DNA from: a virus
Taxonomy: Duplodnaviria > Caudoviricetes
Length of the DNA stretch: 64,000 nucleotides
Direction: 5' to 3' (one strand)
Virus record (IMG/VR): IMGVR_UViG_3300016263_001265
Location: 1-64,000 of that record
The notes below the pieces were generated by a model. It saw nothing but the letters and a program-made list of their open reading frames with translations. It was not told the DNA's origin and ran no database searches. A program made the translations under genes and the position numbers. Position 1 is the first letter of the stretch; every line of letters begins with the position of its first letter. Positions 17,698 through 26,318 of this stretch are shown here, piece by piece.

Positions 17698-17922
17698 TTA
17701 AGCCTCGTCTACGCTGTTGAGGAACACTTCCACGCTGTGTGGATGCGCTTCCTCGCAAGATACTGCCTGCACGTCATTCGACTGATCATCCATATATGAT
17801 GGATGAGACTCAGCGATGCTGACGGCAAGATCCTTCGCAGCGTCTTCATCTTTCGCGATCACTGGGATTATTCCCTCGATCACGCGAGAAACGCTTACTA
17901 GGTACCTGCGCTTCCCCTGCAT
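17698..17922 (-). CDS. DpnD/PcfM-like protein, unit 12
   Basis: PVIAKDEDAAKDLA pattern. Confidence 0.7.
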   Translation of the reverse strand: MQGKRRYLVSVSRVIEGIIPVIAKDEDAAKDLAVSIAESHPSYMDDQSNDVQAVSCEEAHPHSVEVFLNSVDEA

Positions 17923-18206
17923 ACCTTCACCCCCTCTCTACTATTCCCCGGATTAACGTATCCGCCCTCCGAATGCGGACTCCGATGAATGGGCGTATCG
18001 CATTCCGCCCATAGGAGAATGATCGCACGCTCGTTGCGTCAGTTTATGTGGTGCCGATGGGCGCGGAGCGCCCCGTCGAACGTTAGTTAGTCGGTTAGTT
18101 ATATTACGGGGTCGCGGCATCGAACGGATGTGAGGGGTGGAGGAACCTAACCACCCCGCCCACCGCGCGTTCGCGGTGAGCGGGGTGTGTGTTGCGTTCA
18201 GCTCGA

Positions 18207-18491
18207 CTATCGGGTGAGTGTCGCTGCTCGTCGGTTGATCCGATTCTTGAGCGAGTCTGGCAGGAGGCCCCAGACCATATCGGTCTTGAGAATCGACACA
18301 GCCTTCACGCCGTCATAATAGGATACCGCACCATCACGATGCTCACGAAGGAACATCATCAGCAGACCACTCACGCCAACAGTGCAATGATACTCGGTCA
18401 CATCATTGCCGTTGTTGCAGCGTATCCTGACGATTTCATCAGGGAGCATATCCACCACTAGCCTACAACCATCACCGGGAACGTGCCACAT
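18207..18491 (-). CDS. hypothetical protein, unit 13
   Basis: GGAGG SD before MWHVP. Confidence 0.65.
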   Translation of the reverse strand: MWHVPGDGCRLVVDMLPDEIVRIRCNNGNDVTEYHCTVGVSGLLMMFLREHRDGAVSYYDGVKAVSILKTDMVWGLLPDSLKNRINRRAATLTR

Positions 18492-18712
18492 ACCGTTGAC
18501 CTCCATACTATTGCGGAGCGGTTGCCCCACGCAAGAAGAATACGAATACGCGCGAGATAGTTCAGGTGATAGCGATAGGCGCGGAGCGCCGTCTCGAACG
18601 TTAGTTAGTTAGTTAGTTATATTATGTGTATGTGGGATCGAACAGAGATGTAGAGGGAGAAGAGATCGACCACCCCGCCCACCGCCGAAGCGGTGAGCGG
18701 GGTGGGGACTGA

Positions 18713-18988
18713 CTAGACGGCGATGTGGCGCTTGCCGCACTCGCATCCGCCGCGGTCGTTGCGGTTGCGAAGCACCGCATCGAGAATCGGGAAGACCACG
18801 CGCTCTAGCGTTGCGCGGAATACCCGATAGACCGAATCGCCTGCGAGCAGACCGACGAGGATGTCCATAGCGTTGATCATACGGATCGAATCGCCATCGA
18901 ATCCAAGAACGCCGTGCTGCCACGCGAGAAGATTCGCCGCCACGATGACGGTGAAGATTGCCCGAAGTGCCTTGCCGATTGTGTCCAC
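18713..18988 (-). CDS. small membrane protein with C-terminal CxCxxxH, unit 14
   Basis: Two hydrophobic helices; SD. Confidence 0.7.
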   Translation of the reverse strand: MDTIGKALRAIFTVIVAANLLAWQHGVLGFDGDSIRMINAMDILVGLLAGDSVYRVFRATLERVVFPILDAVLRNRNDRGGCECGKRHIAV

Positions 18989-19221
18989 GATTGCCTCCTA
19001 TCTACTTCTCGGGGAAGTCCCCCGTACAAGAACAATACGGGGAACGCGCAGCGTGTCTTGGGTCGACCGATAGCCCCGGAGGGGCGAGTCTAACCCCTCG
19101 CGTGCGCCCTTTGGCCCCCCACCCCTACCTGCGCTAAGGGGGTCGGGGGATTTTTTATATATACGTGGAATGGGGGTTCGATAATCGCTCTCAGGGAGCC
19201 TTCCAGAAGCCCCGGAAATGC

Positions 19222-19413
19222 CTATTTGCGGCCCGTAGAGCCCTGCTGATTAGACTTCCGCATCATGAGCTCCCAGGCGATCCTGCAGACCGCCATCCAG
19301 TCGCCGTCCACGAACGCGCGATGAATTGCAGCGAGGATGAAGCCGTCGGCGGCAAGTCTGGCCTCAGCCTCCTCGTGGGAGAGAACCGCGTAGTCCCGCC
19401 AGGACTCGCTCAT
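19222..19413 (-). CDS. hypothetical protein
   Basis: ATGA-coupled to the upstream gene. Confidence 0.55.
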   Translation of the reverse strand: MSESWRDYAVLSHEEAEARLAADGFILAAIHRAFVDGDWMAVCRIAWELMMRKSNQQGSTGRK

Positions 19414-19709
19414 TCTGTCCTCTTCTTGACGAGGTTTGCAATCGCTTCTGCAATCGTTTCTCCAGCCGCGTATCCGACAGTCACCCAATCGCCCTTTGGC
19501 TTCTCGATGTTGTCGAGATACTCAAGCGAGTTTAAGTAGTTTTCCTCTTCTGGGTCCCACACCTGCGAAGATGCAGACCACACGTTTGCCTCCTTGAGAA
19601 ACTCCAGCATGTGGAGACGCTCCCCTTCCGGTAGCATGGAAGACAGCTTGTTCAGCTGCTCAGAGATCCCGTCGGCAAGTTTCTGTAGATCCTTATTCGG
19701 GTCGCTCAT
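19410..19709 (-). CDS. hypothetical protein
   Basis: ORF track; SD. Confidence 0.7.
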   Translation of the reverse strand: MSDPNKDLQKLADGISEQLNKLSSMLPEGERLHMLEFLKEANVWSASSQVWDPEEENYLNSLEYLDNIEKPKGDWVTVGYAAGETIAEAIANLVKKRTE

Positions 19710-20499
19710 GTTCCACTCCCTTCACATAATGCGCTGCGAGCTTTGAGAAATCGCACTCATAGCCGAACGATCCGTAGTGTACGGTTCGCGCGTCAATGAG
19801 TGCGTGCACGTCAACGCCAGCTGCTCGCATGTCCTGGCAGAATCCGTAGTCCTCGCCCCACTGCTCTTGCGTCTCTGGATTTGTCCAGAAGCGGAAGAAC
19901 TCGCCGAGCGTATCTCCGGTGATGGTGTTGTGATAGAAGCGCGACGGATACGCGGCAACGAATTTTTCCAGAGCAGACCTGGAGATGATCATTGCGCCGG
20001 TACCGATATGACCGACCTTGAGCGTCATGTCTGGTTCCGGCTGGGCCTCGCTGTCGATCGGCAGGAAATTCACACCGCCGATGTACGCCGGAAGATTGCG
20101 CGCTGGCACCTCTGGGTACTTCCTCATGACCTCGACGGCAAGTTCGAAATTCGCTGTCCGCTTCGCGCACGGCAATCCGACGATGTCTTTCCCGGTTGCA
20201 ATCGCACGCAAGACATCCTTTCCGGAAAACTCGATGTCGGAGTCCACCATGAACAGGTGGCTGTATCCGCTTTCCAGGAACTGCTTGCAGACGATGTTTC
20301 TTGCGTCTGGCAAAACCGACGAGCCGTGGATGATCTTCCACTTGAACGGAATCTCCATCTTCGAGCAGTCGCGCTGGAGCTCCATGAGCCCCATGGCGTT
20401 TCTCGGGTGGATCTCGTGTGCAACAGGCCCACCGGCATAGACAGAGATCTTCGGTCGCTGCTGTGCCTTGTTCTTTTCCTGCTTTGCTTTCTTACCCAT
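19693..20499 (-). CDS. GT-A fold (GT2-like) glycosyltransferase
   Basis: ARN...FL, LFMVDSDI (DxD) and GEDYGFC motifs. Confidence 0.75.
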   Translation of the reverse strand: MGKKAKQEKNKAQQRPKISVYAGGPVAHEIHPRNAMGLMELQRDCSKMEIPFKWKIIHGSSVLPDARNIVCKQFLESGYSHLFMVDSDIEFSGKDVLRAIATGKDIVGLPCAKRTANFELAVEVMRKYPEVPARNLPAYIGGVNFLPIDSEAQPEPDMTLKVGHIGTGAMIISRSALEKFVAAYPSRFYHNTITGDTLGEFFRFWTNPETQEQWGEDYGFCQDMRAAGVDVHALIDARTVHYGSFGYECDFSKLAAHYVKGVEHERPE

Positions 20500-20707
20500 G
20501 ATGCTCCTTCTTCGCGGCATCGATCATCTTTCTGACCGCCTCAATCGGGCTTTGTGATGCGCCCCTGACGATTCGGTGCTGCGAACCGGAATAGTTTACC
20601 GCAGTCGCAATCCACAGGAGCAGACCGCGAGACATGCCGTCAAATATCCATGAGTCGGGAAGTTCGTTGTCTACAGAGTTCCATAGTTCGTCGAGCGGGT
20701 GTTTCAC
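20492..20707 (-). CDS. hypothetical protein
   Basis: GTGA-coupled. Confidence 0.55.
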   Translation of the reverse strand: MKHPLDELWNSVDNELPDSWIFDGMSRGLLLWIATAVNYSGSQHRIVRGASQSPIEAVRKMIDAAKKEHHG

Positions 20708-21363
20708 TTTTCCCCCTTTGTGATGATCTGGTTTGGCTCGTATGTCCATGCGTCCTGGTCGCCGAGCGGACTGAAGCGCTCACCCTCTGCCGAGTATTCG
20801 ACCGTGCTGACCTTGAAGTCCGGTGTCTTCTTGTTCTTGAATACCAGCGCCTCGTCGTCCCACAGGATGCGGTTGTTCGGCTGGGCCGCGAACTGTCCGT
20901 TCTCCAGTCGGATGAAATTGTACGACTTGTGTTCCGACGGAAGTCTCGAGTAGCCCGTGTCTAGCTCGTTTGGGTCGCCCTCGACAAGGTCGACAGTGAA
21001 CATGTATGTGCCGTCGTGCCACGAGCCCTTGGTGTCGCGGAACTTGCACCCCATCCCCTTGAGGAACGACTTCTCTATGACAGAGATCGCGTTCGTTCCG
21101 ACATCCCAGAGTTGCAGTGTTCCGAGCGGAAGGTCTGGGCTTGGGGTTCTAGGGCTCGTGGTGAATGCGCTGATCGGCAACTTGTCGTACAGCGCGCCGT
21201 ATTCCGGCAGAAATGCTTCGATGTAGAGTGCGCGGTGCCTCAGCGCCTTGACAGAAACCCAGTAGCACGGGGTGAACTCGCCGTGACCATCCTGCAGGTC
21301 GCGCAGGTACTCCTTGCGGACATAGCAGGAAATCGGCGGAAGGTTGGCAAGCGGCTGCGGCAT
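20704..21363 (-). CDS. conserved phage hypothetical protein
   Basis: Long ORF, coupled start and stop. Confidence 0.8.
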   Translation of the reverse strand: MPQPLANLPPISCYVRKEYLRDLQDGHGEFTPCYWVSVKALRHRALYIEAFLPEYGALYDKLPISAFTTSPRTPSPDLPLGTLQLWDVGTNAISVIEKSFLKGMGCKFRDTKGSWHDGTYMFTVDLVEGDPNELDTGYSRLPSEHKSYNFIRLENGQFAAQPNNRILWDDEALVFKNKKTPDFKVSTVEYSAEGERFSPLGDQDAWTYEPNQIITKGEK

Positions 21364-21527
21364 CGTGCCCTCCGATCAGGAAAGCGCCCTGGCGATGCCA
21401 GCGGCGATTGCGACGATAGCGACGAGAAGGATCACCGTCGCGTAGACACCAGAGCCGTGCTGATTCAGTTCGCTTGGCTTTCCGGTGTAGACGAATTTAG
21501 ATCCAGAAACCTGCTTGATCTTCTTCT

Positions 21528-21992
21528 TCATGCGTCCTCCCTATTGATGCTGCGTTCGATAGAGAACCCCTTCGGATATCTCATCCTCAGCTTCCGCTCG
21601 TTGATCTGGGCAACCTCCCCAAGGTCGATCCCGGTGACCGTGGCAATCTCGGAGATGTACCAGAGGATATCGCCGAGTTCCATGGTGAGGTAGGCGCGAT
21701 CAAGTTCGTGCCCGTGCCCGACCCACTTCTTCAGGTGGTCGATCAGTTCTCCAGACTCGCCAGCCAGCCCCATGCAGGCGATGGCGGCGCGGCCTTTCGG
21801 TCCGGGGATTTCGACGTTCCCACGCGCCGTGACTGCCGCACCCGCCTGGTACGAACTGAAACTGAGCGGGACGTTCCCGCGGGTTTCGACACTGTGGTCG
21901 CAGCAGTTGCCCTCAGAGCACCCGACACACGCACAGTTGCATGCTTGTCCCAGAATCATCGTCGTTCCTCCGCTATCGCAATTCAGGCACAC
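21528..21992 (-). CDS. MazG-like nucleotide pyrophosphohydrolase; start uncertain
   Basis: GLAGESGELIDHLKK...ELGDILWY motif. Confidence 0.85.
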   Translation of the reverse strand: MCLNCDSGGTTMILGQACNCACVGCSEGNCCDHSVETRGNVPLSFSSYQAGAAVTARGNVEIPGPKGRAAIACMGLAGESGELIDHLKKWVGHGHELDRAYLTMELGDILWYISEIATVTGIDLGEVAQINERKLRMRYPKGFSIERSINREDA

Positions 21993-21995
21993 GGA

Positions 21996-22154
21996 TCAAC
22001 CCTTGAAGTGGGCGACGATCATGTAGCCCAGGGTGATCCCGACCACCCCAAGGACGCCGGGGATGTTCGGCGGCGCTGGGACATACGCCCCAACAAGAGA
22101 GAAAAGCGCGCCAACCGCGGCACCGGTGACCAATGGAAGAATGTACTCGCCCAT
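21996..22154 (-). CDS. XapX/DUF1427-like small membrane protein (not in ORF track)
   Basis: MGEYILPLVTGAAVGALFSLVGAYVPAPPNIPGVLGVVGITLGY. Confidence 0.7.
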   Translation of the reverse strand: MGEYILPLVTGAAVGALFSLVGAYVPAPPNIPGVLGVVGITLGYMIVAHFKG

Positions 22155-22332
22155 GTGAACTCCTTACTTGTCTGCCAGCCAGCACAACTCGCAATCGGTT
22201 GTGTCTGGAAGGTAGTATTCCTTGCACTCGTGTTCCTTGAGTGCGTTGTCGAAGCAGTCATCGCAATGGAACGTGAACTGCTGATCTTTCGAGAACTTCG
22301 GATCGTGCTGTGCGCAGGGATCGAAATCTACC

Positions 22333-22677
22333 TCACCCACACTCGCACTCCTTCTGCATGATGGCAAACACCGGCATGCCAGGCTGGATATACGCACCCT
22401 CGACGTTGAAGGAGATGTACTCGTCTGCATCGGAGAAGAACCGCTCTTCGTCCTCGAGTTCGACAGTCCGTGCGCCGTTTGCTGCGTGCTCGTCCATCAT
22501 CTCACGCGCAAGCCGTTCCACCATCTTGTTCCTGTCGTAGATCGCCACGGTCTTCGGGCCGTCGCTGCCGTGGAAGATCGTCCCGTGTCCGATCAGGCAG
22601 TCGTCCCACCCGTCGGCATACAGCACGTCGTCGATCCTCTCTATTGCTGGTCTCACGATGGTTGTCTGTTCGTCCAT
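22333..22677 (-). CDS. conserved phage hypothetical protein
   Basis: ADGWDDCLIG...AIYD...ADEYISFNVEGAY; GGAGG SD. Confidence 0.7.
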   Translation of the reverse strand: MDEQTTIVRPAIERIDDVLYADGWDDCLIGHGTIFHGSDGPKTVAIYDRNKMVERLAREMMDEHAANGARTVELEDEERFFSDADEYISFNVEGAYIQPGMPVFAIMQKECECG

Positions 22678-22811
22678 CTCTTGAATCCTCCATACTCCGT
22701 GCGGCACACCGTAGGTGTTGTACCCGACGATGTGCATCCTGCCGTTTGGCAGTATAGCCCCGTAGAGCCTGATGTGCAAACCACGTACCGTGGCGCACAC
22801 ACCCAACCGTT

Positions 22812-23108
22812 TCATCTTTTCCTGATCTTTTCCAGCGACCTCGGGTCGATAGGGGTGCTGACGTACCATGCGTCGAGCACCCATCGGGTCCAGAGATCTG
22901 GGTAGTACCCTGGGGCGTACCTGCTGGCAATCAGTTGCCTGTAGCGGCGGTCGGGTAGCAGGCGTATGTGGTTCACAGCAGAACTAGCCGCTACCTCAAT
23001 TTTTCCGCAAAAAATTTTCCCTTCTTTCACATCGTAACGAAGCAAAGAAAAAGGAACGACTTGGACAGTATCTTCTTTGATGGCGATAACCATGCGATTC
23101 TGTTTCAT
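22812..23108 (-). CDS. hypothetical protein
   Basis: ORF track. Confidence 0.5.
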   Translation of the reverse strand: MKQNRMVIAIKEDTVQVVPFSLLRYDVKEGKIFCGKIEVAASSAVNHIRLLPDRRYRQLIASRYAPGYYPDLWTRWVLDAWYVSTPIDPRSLEKIRKR

Positions 23109-23301
23109 CTTGAGCCGCGCGCGAGGATCACGTGTTCCCGTACCCAAGAGCCAGATGAAAACTCTTGGGTACGGGTCTCCGAAGGAGAGGCGACATTGTT
23201 ATCTATTGACGATTCTGAACCAGAGGGTCCAGAGAGCCAACGACAACGTAGAGCCGACGACGACGGCTGCGACGTAACTGAAGAACGTACCGATATCCAT
23301 G

Positions 23302-23676
23302 TTAGAACGGGATGTCGGAGAAGTCTGGCTCTTCAGCCTCGGCCTTCGATCCGCCAGAACCCTTGCCTTTTGCCAGGAGATCGAACGTCTGCGCCGTGAT
23401 CTGGATCGACGCCTTGTTCTCTCCGCTTCTTGTCGTGAATGTCTTGACGCTCGGGCTTCCAGCAACGCACACAAGGTCGCCCTTGTCGAGAAGGCGAACC
23501 GCCAACTCGGCCTGCTTCTCCCACACCGATACGTCGTACCAATTCGTGGTCTCCTCGCCTGCGCGCTTGTTCTTGACGGCGACGCTGAACGAGCTGACCT
23601 GCTTGCCGTTCTTGGTTGATCGCAGCTCTGGCTTTGCGCCGAGTCGACCGGTGATTTCCAATCTCTCCTTAGCCAT
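23302..23676 (-). CDS. ssb: single-stranded DNA-binding protein
   Basis: GRLGAKPELR...FSVAV...WYDVSVW...KGDLVCVAG and acidic DIPF tail. Confidence 0.92.
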   Translation of the reverse strand: MAKERLEITGRLGAKPELRSTKNGKQVSSFSVAVKNKRAGEETTNWYDVSVWEKQAELAVRLLDKGDLVCVAGSPSVKTFTTRSGENKASIQITAQTFDLLAKGKGSGGSKAEAEEPDFSDIPF

Positions 23677-24054
23677 TTACAACTCCTGACTGAGAACCAG
23701 GACGATGTGTTCGTTCTTGTTCCCAAACTCTAGTTCCCACACACGTGGTATGAACCAGCGGTCGTTCACTTGAAGCCCCGTCGCGACCGCATCGAGCGTG
23801 AGCTTCAGCAAATTGTCCGCGTCCATCGGGCGATTGAGATGCGCCCAGATGTCGATGACGATTCGCTTCTTATCCACCGGAATAAAGTCCGGCCTCTTGA
23901 TTATAGCAGACCTCGTGACCAGCGCAACCATCTCTTTCCACGCCTTTGCTTCTCGCGTCATGTAGATGATCCTTCCGGCAACTCGGTATGCCCTGTTCCA
24001 CGAAGGTGGCCTTCCCTGCAACACAACAACGAGCGGGTCAGTCCAGCCTTCCAA
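23677..24054 (-). CDS. RusA-like Holliday junction resolvase; start uncertain
   Basis: PPSWN...DADNLLKLTLDA...ND motif. Confidence 0.75.
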   Translation of the reverse strand: MEGWTDPLVVVLQGRPPSWNRAYRVAGRIIYMTREAKAWKEMVALVTRSAIIKRPDFIPVDKKRIVIDIWAHLNRPMDADNLLKLTLDAVATGLQVNDRWFIPRVWELEFGNKNEHIVLVLSQEL

Positions 24055-24673
24055 GCCTGATACGCTGGTCTTCCCCTCCCACTTTGACAGCGCGACAGGT
24101 TTGCTGTAGGCGGGAGACGAGAGCCCCATATCCAAGGGCGTCGAGCTCGTCGAGTCCGCGGTTCGTCGTGGCGATCGTCGAGAGGCAGGCACTGTATCGG
24201 CTTTCGACAAGGACGTAGAGCCGTTCGGCAGCCCAGTCTGTTGCCTTCTCCTTCCCCAAGTCATCCAAGACGACGACGGATGCGCGCGTCACGCAGAAGT
24301 CAAACAGGTCGATGACTTCGCTGTCATTATACTTCATCGACTGGCGAATCTTATCCAAAAAGATCGGCACGTTGATGAACCTGATGTTTGTCGTCCCCGC
24401 GGCAATCTTCTCTCTGATCGCCCCGACGGCGAGGTGGGTCTTTCCCGTGCCTGGCGGTCCGACGAAAAGCAGGCCTCTCTCGCCAAGCGGAGCCCGTGCC
24501 CACTCCTCGGCAGCCTTGAGGGCCGTATTAGAGCCATTCTGAGCCTTGAAATTCTCCAGGGTGCTGTCTAGGTACCTTTTTGGAATTCCTGCGCTCTGGA
24601 GCGCTCTGGGGAGGTCCTGCGGGGCCTTCGAGGTGTTCATCACCTCGTCTAGGTAGACCACGTCCTGGCTCAT
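24038..24673 (-). CDS. DnaC/IstB-like ATPase (helicase loader)
   Basis: GPPGTGKTHLA Walker A, LDDLGKE Walker B, TTN. Confidence 0.9.
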   Translation of the reverse strand: MSQDVVYLDEVMNTSKAPQDLPRALQSAGIPKRYLDSTLENFKAQNGSNTALKAAEEWARAPLGERGLLFVGPPGTGKTHLAVGAIREKIAAGTTNIRFINVPIFLDKIRQSMKYNDSEVIDLFDFCVTRASVVVLDDLGKEKATDWAAERLYVLVESRYSACLSTIATTNRGLDELDALGYGALVSRLQQTCRAVKVGGEDQRIRLGRLD

Positions 24674-24767
24674 CGGTCATCCTTCCAGCCAGTAAACGCG
24701 GCAACCAGGAACATGATCGCCAGCAGGGCCATGAACAAGATCCCAGCCTTTGTCGTCGCTTCCATGC

Positions 24768-25439
24768 CTACTCCTCCAAATGGGCGTCTCGGACACTTGC
24801 CGAAATCGCAACCCTTTTGTTGTTTCCGTTTTTCGACATTGCTGTCAGGTACGCAATCGGATCTCCCTTCAAATCTCGTAGCGCAGCCTCGCAGACCGCC
24901 GCCATCAGCGCGGGGATTCCGCCAGGATATTCGCGCATCAACTTTGCGATTCTGGAATAGTCGTTTTTCTGCGGCACGATTCCATGCATCTGACCCATGA
25001 ACTCGACCATCCTGCCCTGCTTGTTGCTGCTCGACACGATGTACTCGAGCCACTCTTTCATGCTTCTCGATGGAATCTCTTTTTCCCCAGTGACTCGCGC
25101 CATCCTGCTTCTCGCCGAAAGCGCCATCGCCTCTCTTGCCGCCTTCAGACCGTCGTCTGGCTCCTGCCACTCGTCCCAATCGTGGACAACAAGACCGTCG
25201 AGAAGTCCGACCCTGCGAAACTGGATGATGAATTTTGCGTTCTGCGTTCCGATCATCGCTTCGATGTGCTGATCAGACTCGAACACTCCGTTGGTTTCGG
25301 ATGCAGCGCACAGAAGAACGATCCACGCCCACCGCGCATTGTTGTCCGAGAGCCTCCACAGTTTCTTGTGTCGTGGAAGATCGCTGTAGCAGCGCCAGTA
25401 AACTCGGTGAGCTTCCAGCTCGTCAATCGGGATAATCAT
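24768..25439 (-). CDS. putative replication initiator
   Basis: Upstream of the DnaC-like gene; VHDWDEWQ motif after an HTH-like region. Confidence 0.55.
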   Translation of the reverse strand: MIIPIDELEAHRVYWRCYSDLPRHKKLWRLSDNNARWAWIVLLCAASETNGVFESDQHIEAMIGTQNAKFIIQFRRVGLLDGLVVHDWDEWQEPDDGLKAAREAMALSARSRMARVTGEKEIPSRSMKEWLEYIVSSSNKQGRMVEFMGQMHGIVPQKNDYSRIAKLMREYPGGIPALMAAVCEAALRDLKGDPIAYLTAMSKNGNNKRVAISASVRDAHLEE

Positions 25440-25448
25440 CGTCTCTCC

Positions 25449-26318
25449 TTATTCCCAATCTGGCCAAAGATTTTTCTTCAGCGACGGAACAAGTCCGTAC
25501 AGCTCCTTCCTGTTCTCGGTGATCGGCTGTGGGTGGCTTTCCCACTTGTTGCACAAAGACTTGAATTCGCATGTTGCGTGGGCAAACGCTGTCGGATTCG
25601 GATACACTGCGCCCTTCTCTATCGCATCCAGAAACGCGCGAGCGCCGATGTACATCTTGTCGATGTCGTCCTGCGTTCTCGTAGTGACTCGCCTGTCGAC
25701 GTTCACGCCCTTGGCGGAGTTGCTGATGATGTTGAACGTCACGCTAGGGTTGTGCTCGAAATTTTCCCGTACCGCGTTCACATACGCTGTCGCCTGGATG
25801 TCCCCATGCTCGCGTTCCTTTTCCCATCGACGCTGCGCCGTCTTGTGCTCGACAACGTTGAAGTCCTTGTTCAACATGTCTAGGTTTGTCTTGAGAAGAA
25901 TCGGAAGCTTCCCAAGCTTTGAATGCTTGATGTCGGACATCAACGTGTGCTCGACATACTTTGCCTCCCAGTTGTCGCCCTCAAGTATTGCCGCCCGAAG
26001 CATCTCCTCGCCGCCAAATCCTTCGCTGAGAAGGTCGCGCTCTTTTTCGGAGGACCAATCGACCTTCTCGGACTCAAGCGCCCAGACCTTTCTGTAATGG
26101 TTGTATACCGCAGAAAGATCTCCTGTTTTCTTGTGCCCAGTTATCGGGTCGTACCATCTCTGAAGCCCGGCGTGAACCGATGTGCCCACGGCAAAGTACG
26201 CCGTGGTCCTGTCGGTCCACATGCCAAGTCGGTACTTGTACCACCAGCGCAACGGGCAGGAGAGAAACTCTCGCAGCTCGCTTACACTGATGTGCTCTGG
26301 GTGTCGCTCCTCAATCAT
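25449..26318 (-). CDS. PD-(D/E)XK (RecB/Cas4-like) exonuclease
   Basis: SVS.L.EF..CP, GT.VH, D...EHKT, Q...Y and C.FK.LC motifs. Confidence 0.85.
   Translation of the reverse strand: MIEERHPEHISVSELREFLSCPLRWWYKYRLGMWTDRTTAYFAVGTSVHAGLQRWYDPITGHKKTGDLSAVYNHYRKVWALESEKVDWSSEKERDLLSEGFGGEEMLRAAILEGDNWEAKYVEHTLMSDIKHSKLGKLPILLKTNLDMLNKDFNVVEHKTAQRRWEKEREHGDIQATAYVNAVRENFEHNPSVTFNIISNSAKGVNVDRRVTTRTQDDIDKMYIGARAFLDAIEKGAVYPNPTAFAHATCEFKSLCNKWESHPQPITENRKELYGLVPSLKKNLWPDWE

Larger units (their letters stand above)
12078..19093 (-). repeat. 14 modular intergenic repeats: post-stop hairpin, ATMGAAC site, (GTTA)n tract, GGA-triloop hairpin, promoter; period about 500 bp
   Basis: GCGGAGC cores at 12547, 13074, 13561, 14052, 14528, 15005, 15504, 16031, 16555, 17054, 17543, 18063, 18581, and a CCGGAGG variant at 19076. 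Confidence 0.95.

Noticed and set aside
12078-19093. CRISPR array interpretation of the periodic repeats
   Set aside because: Units are about 500 bp and contain ORFs; the repeats are degenerate and modular; there is no cas operon. The PD-(D/E)XK gene sits in a recombination module.
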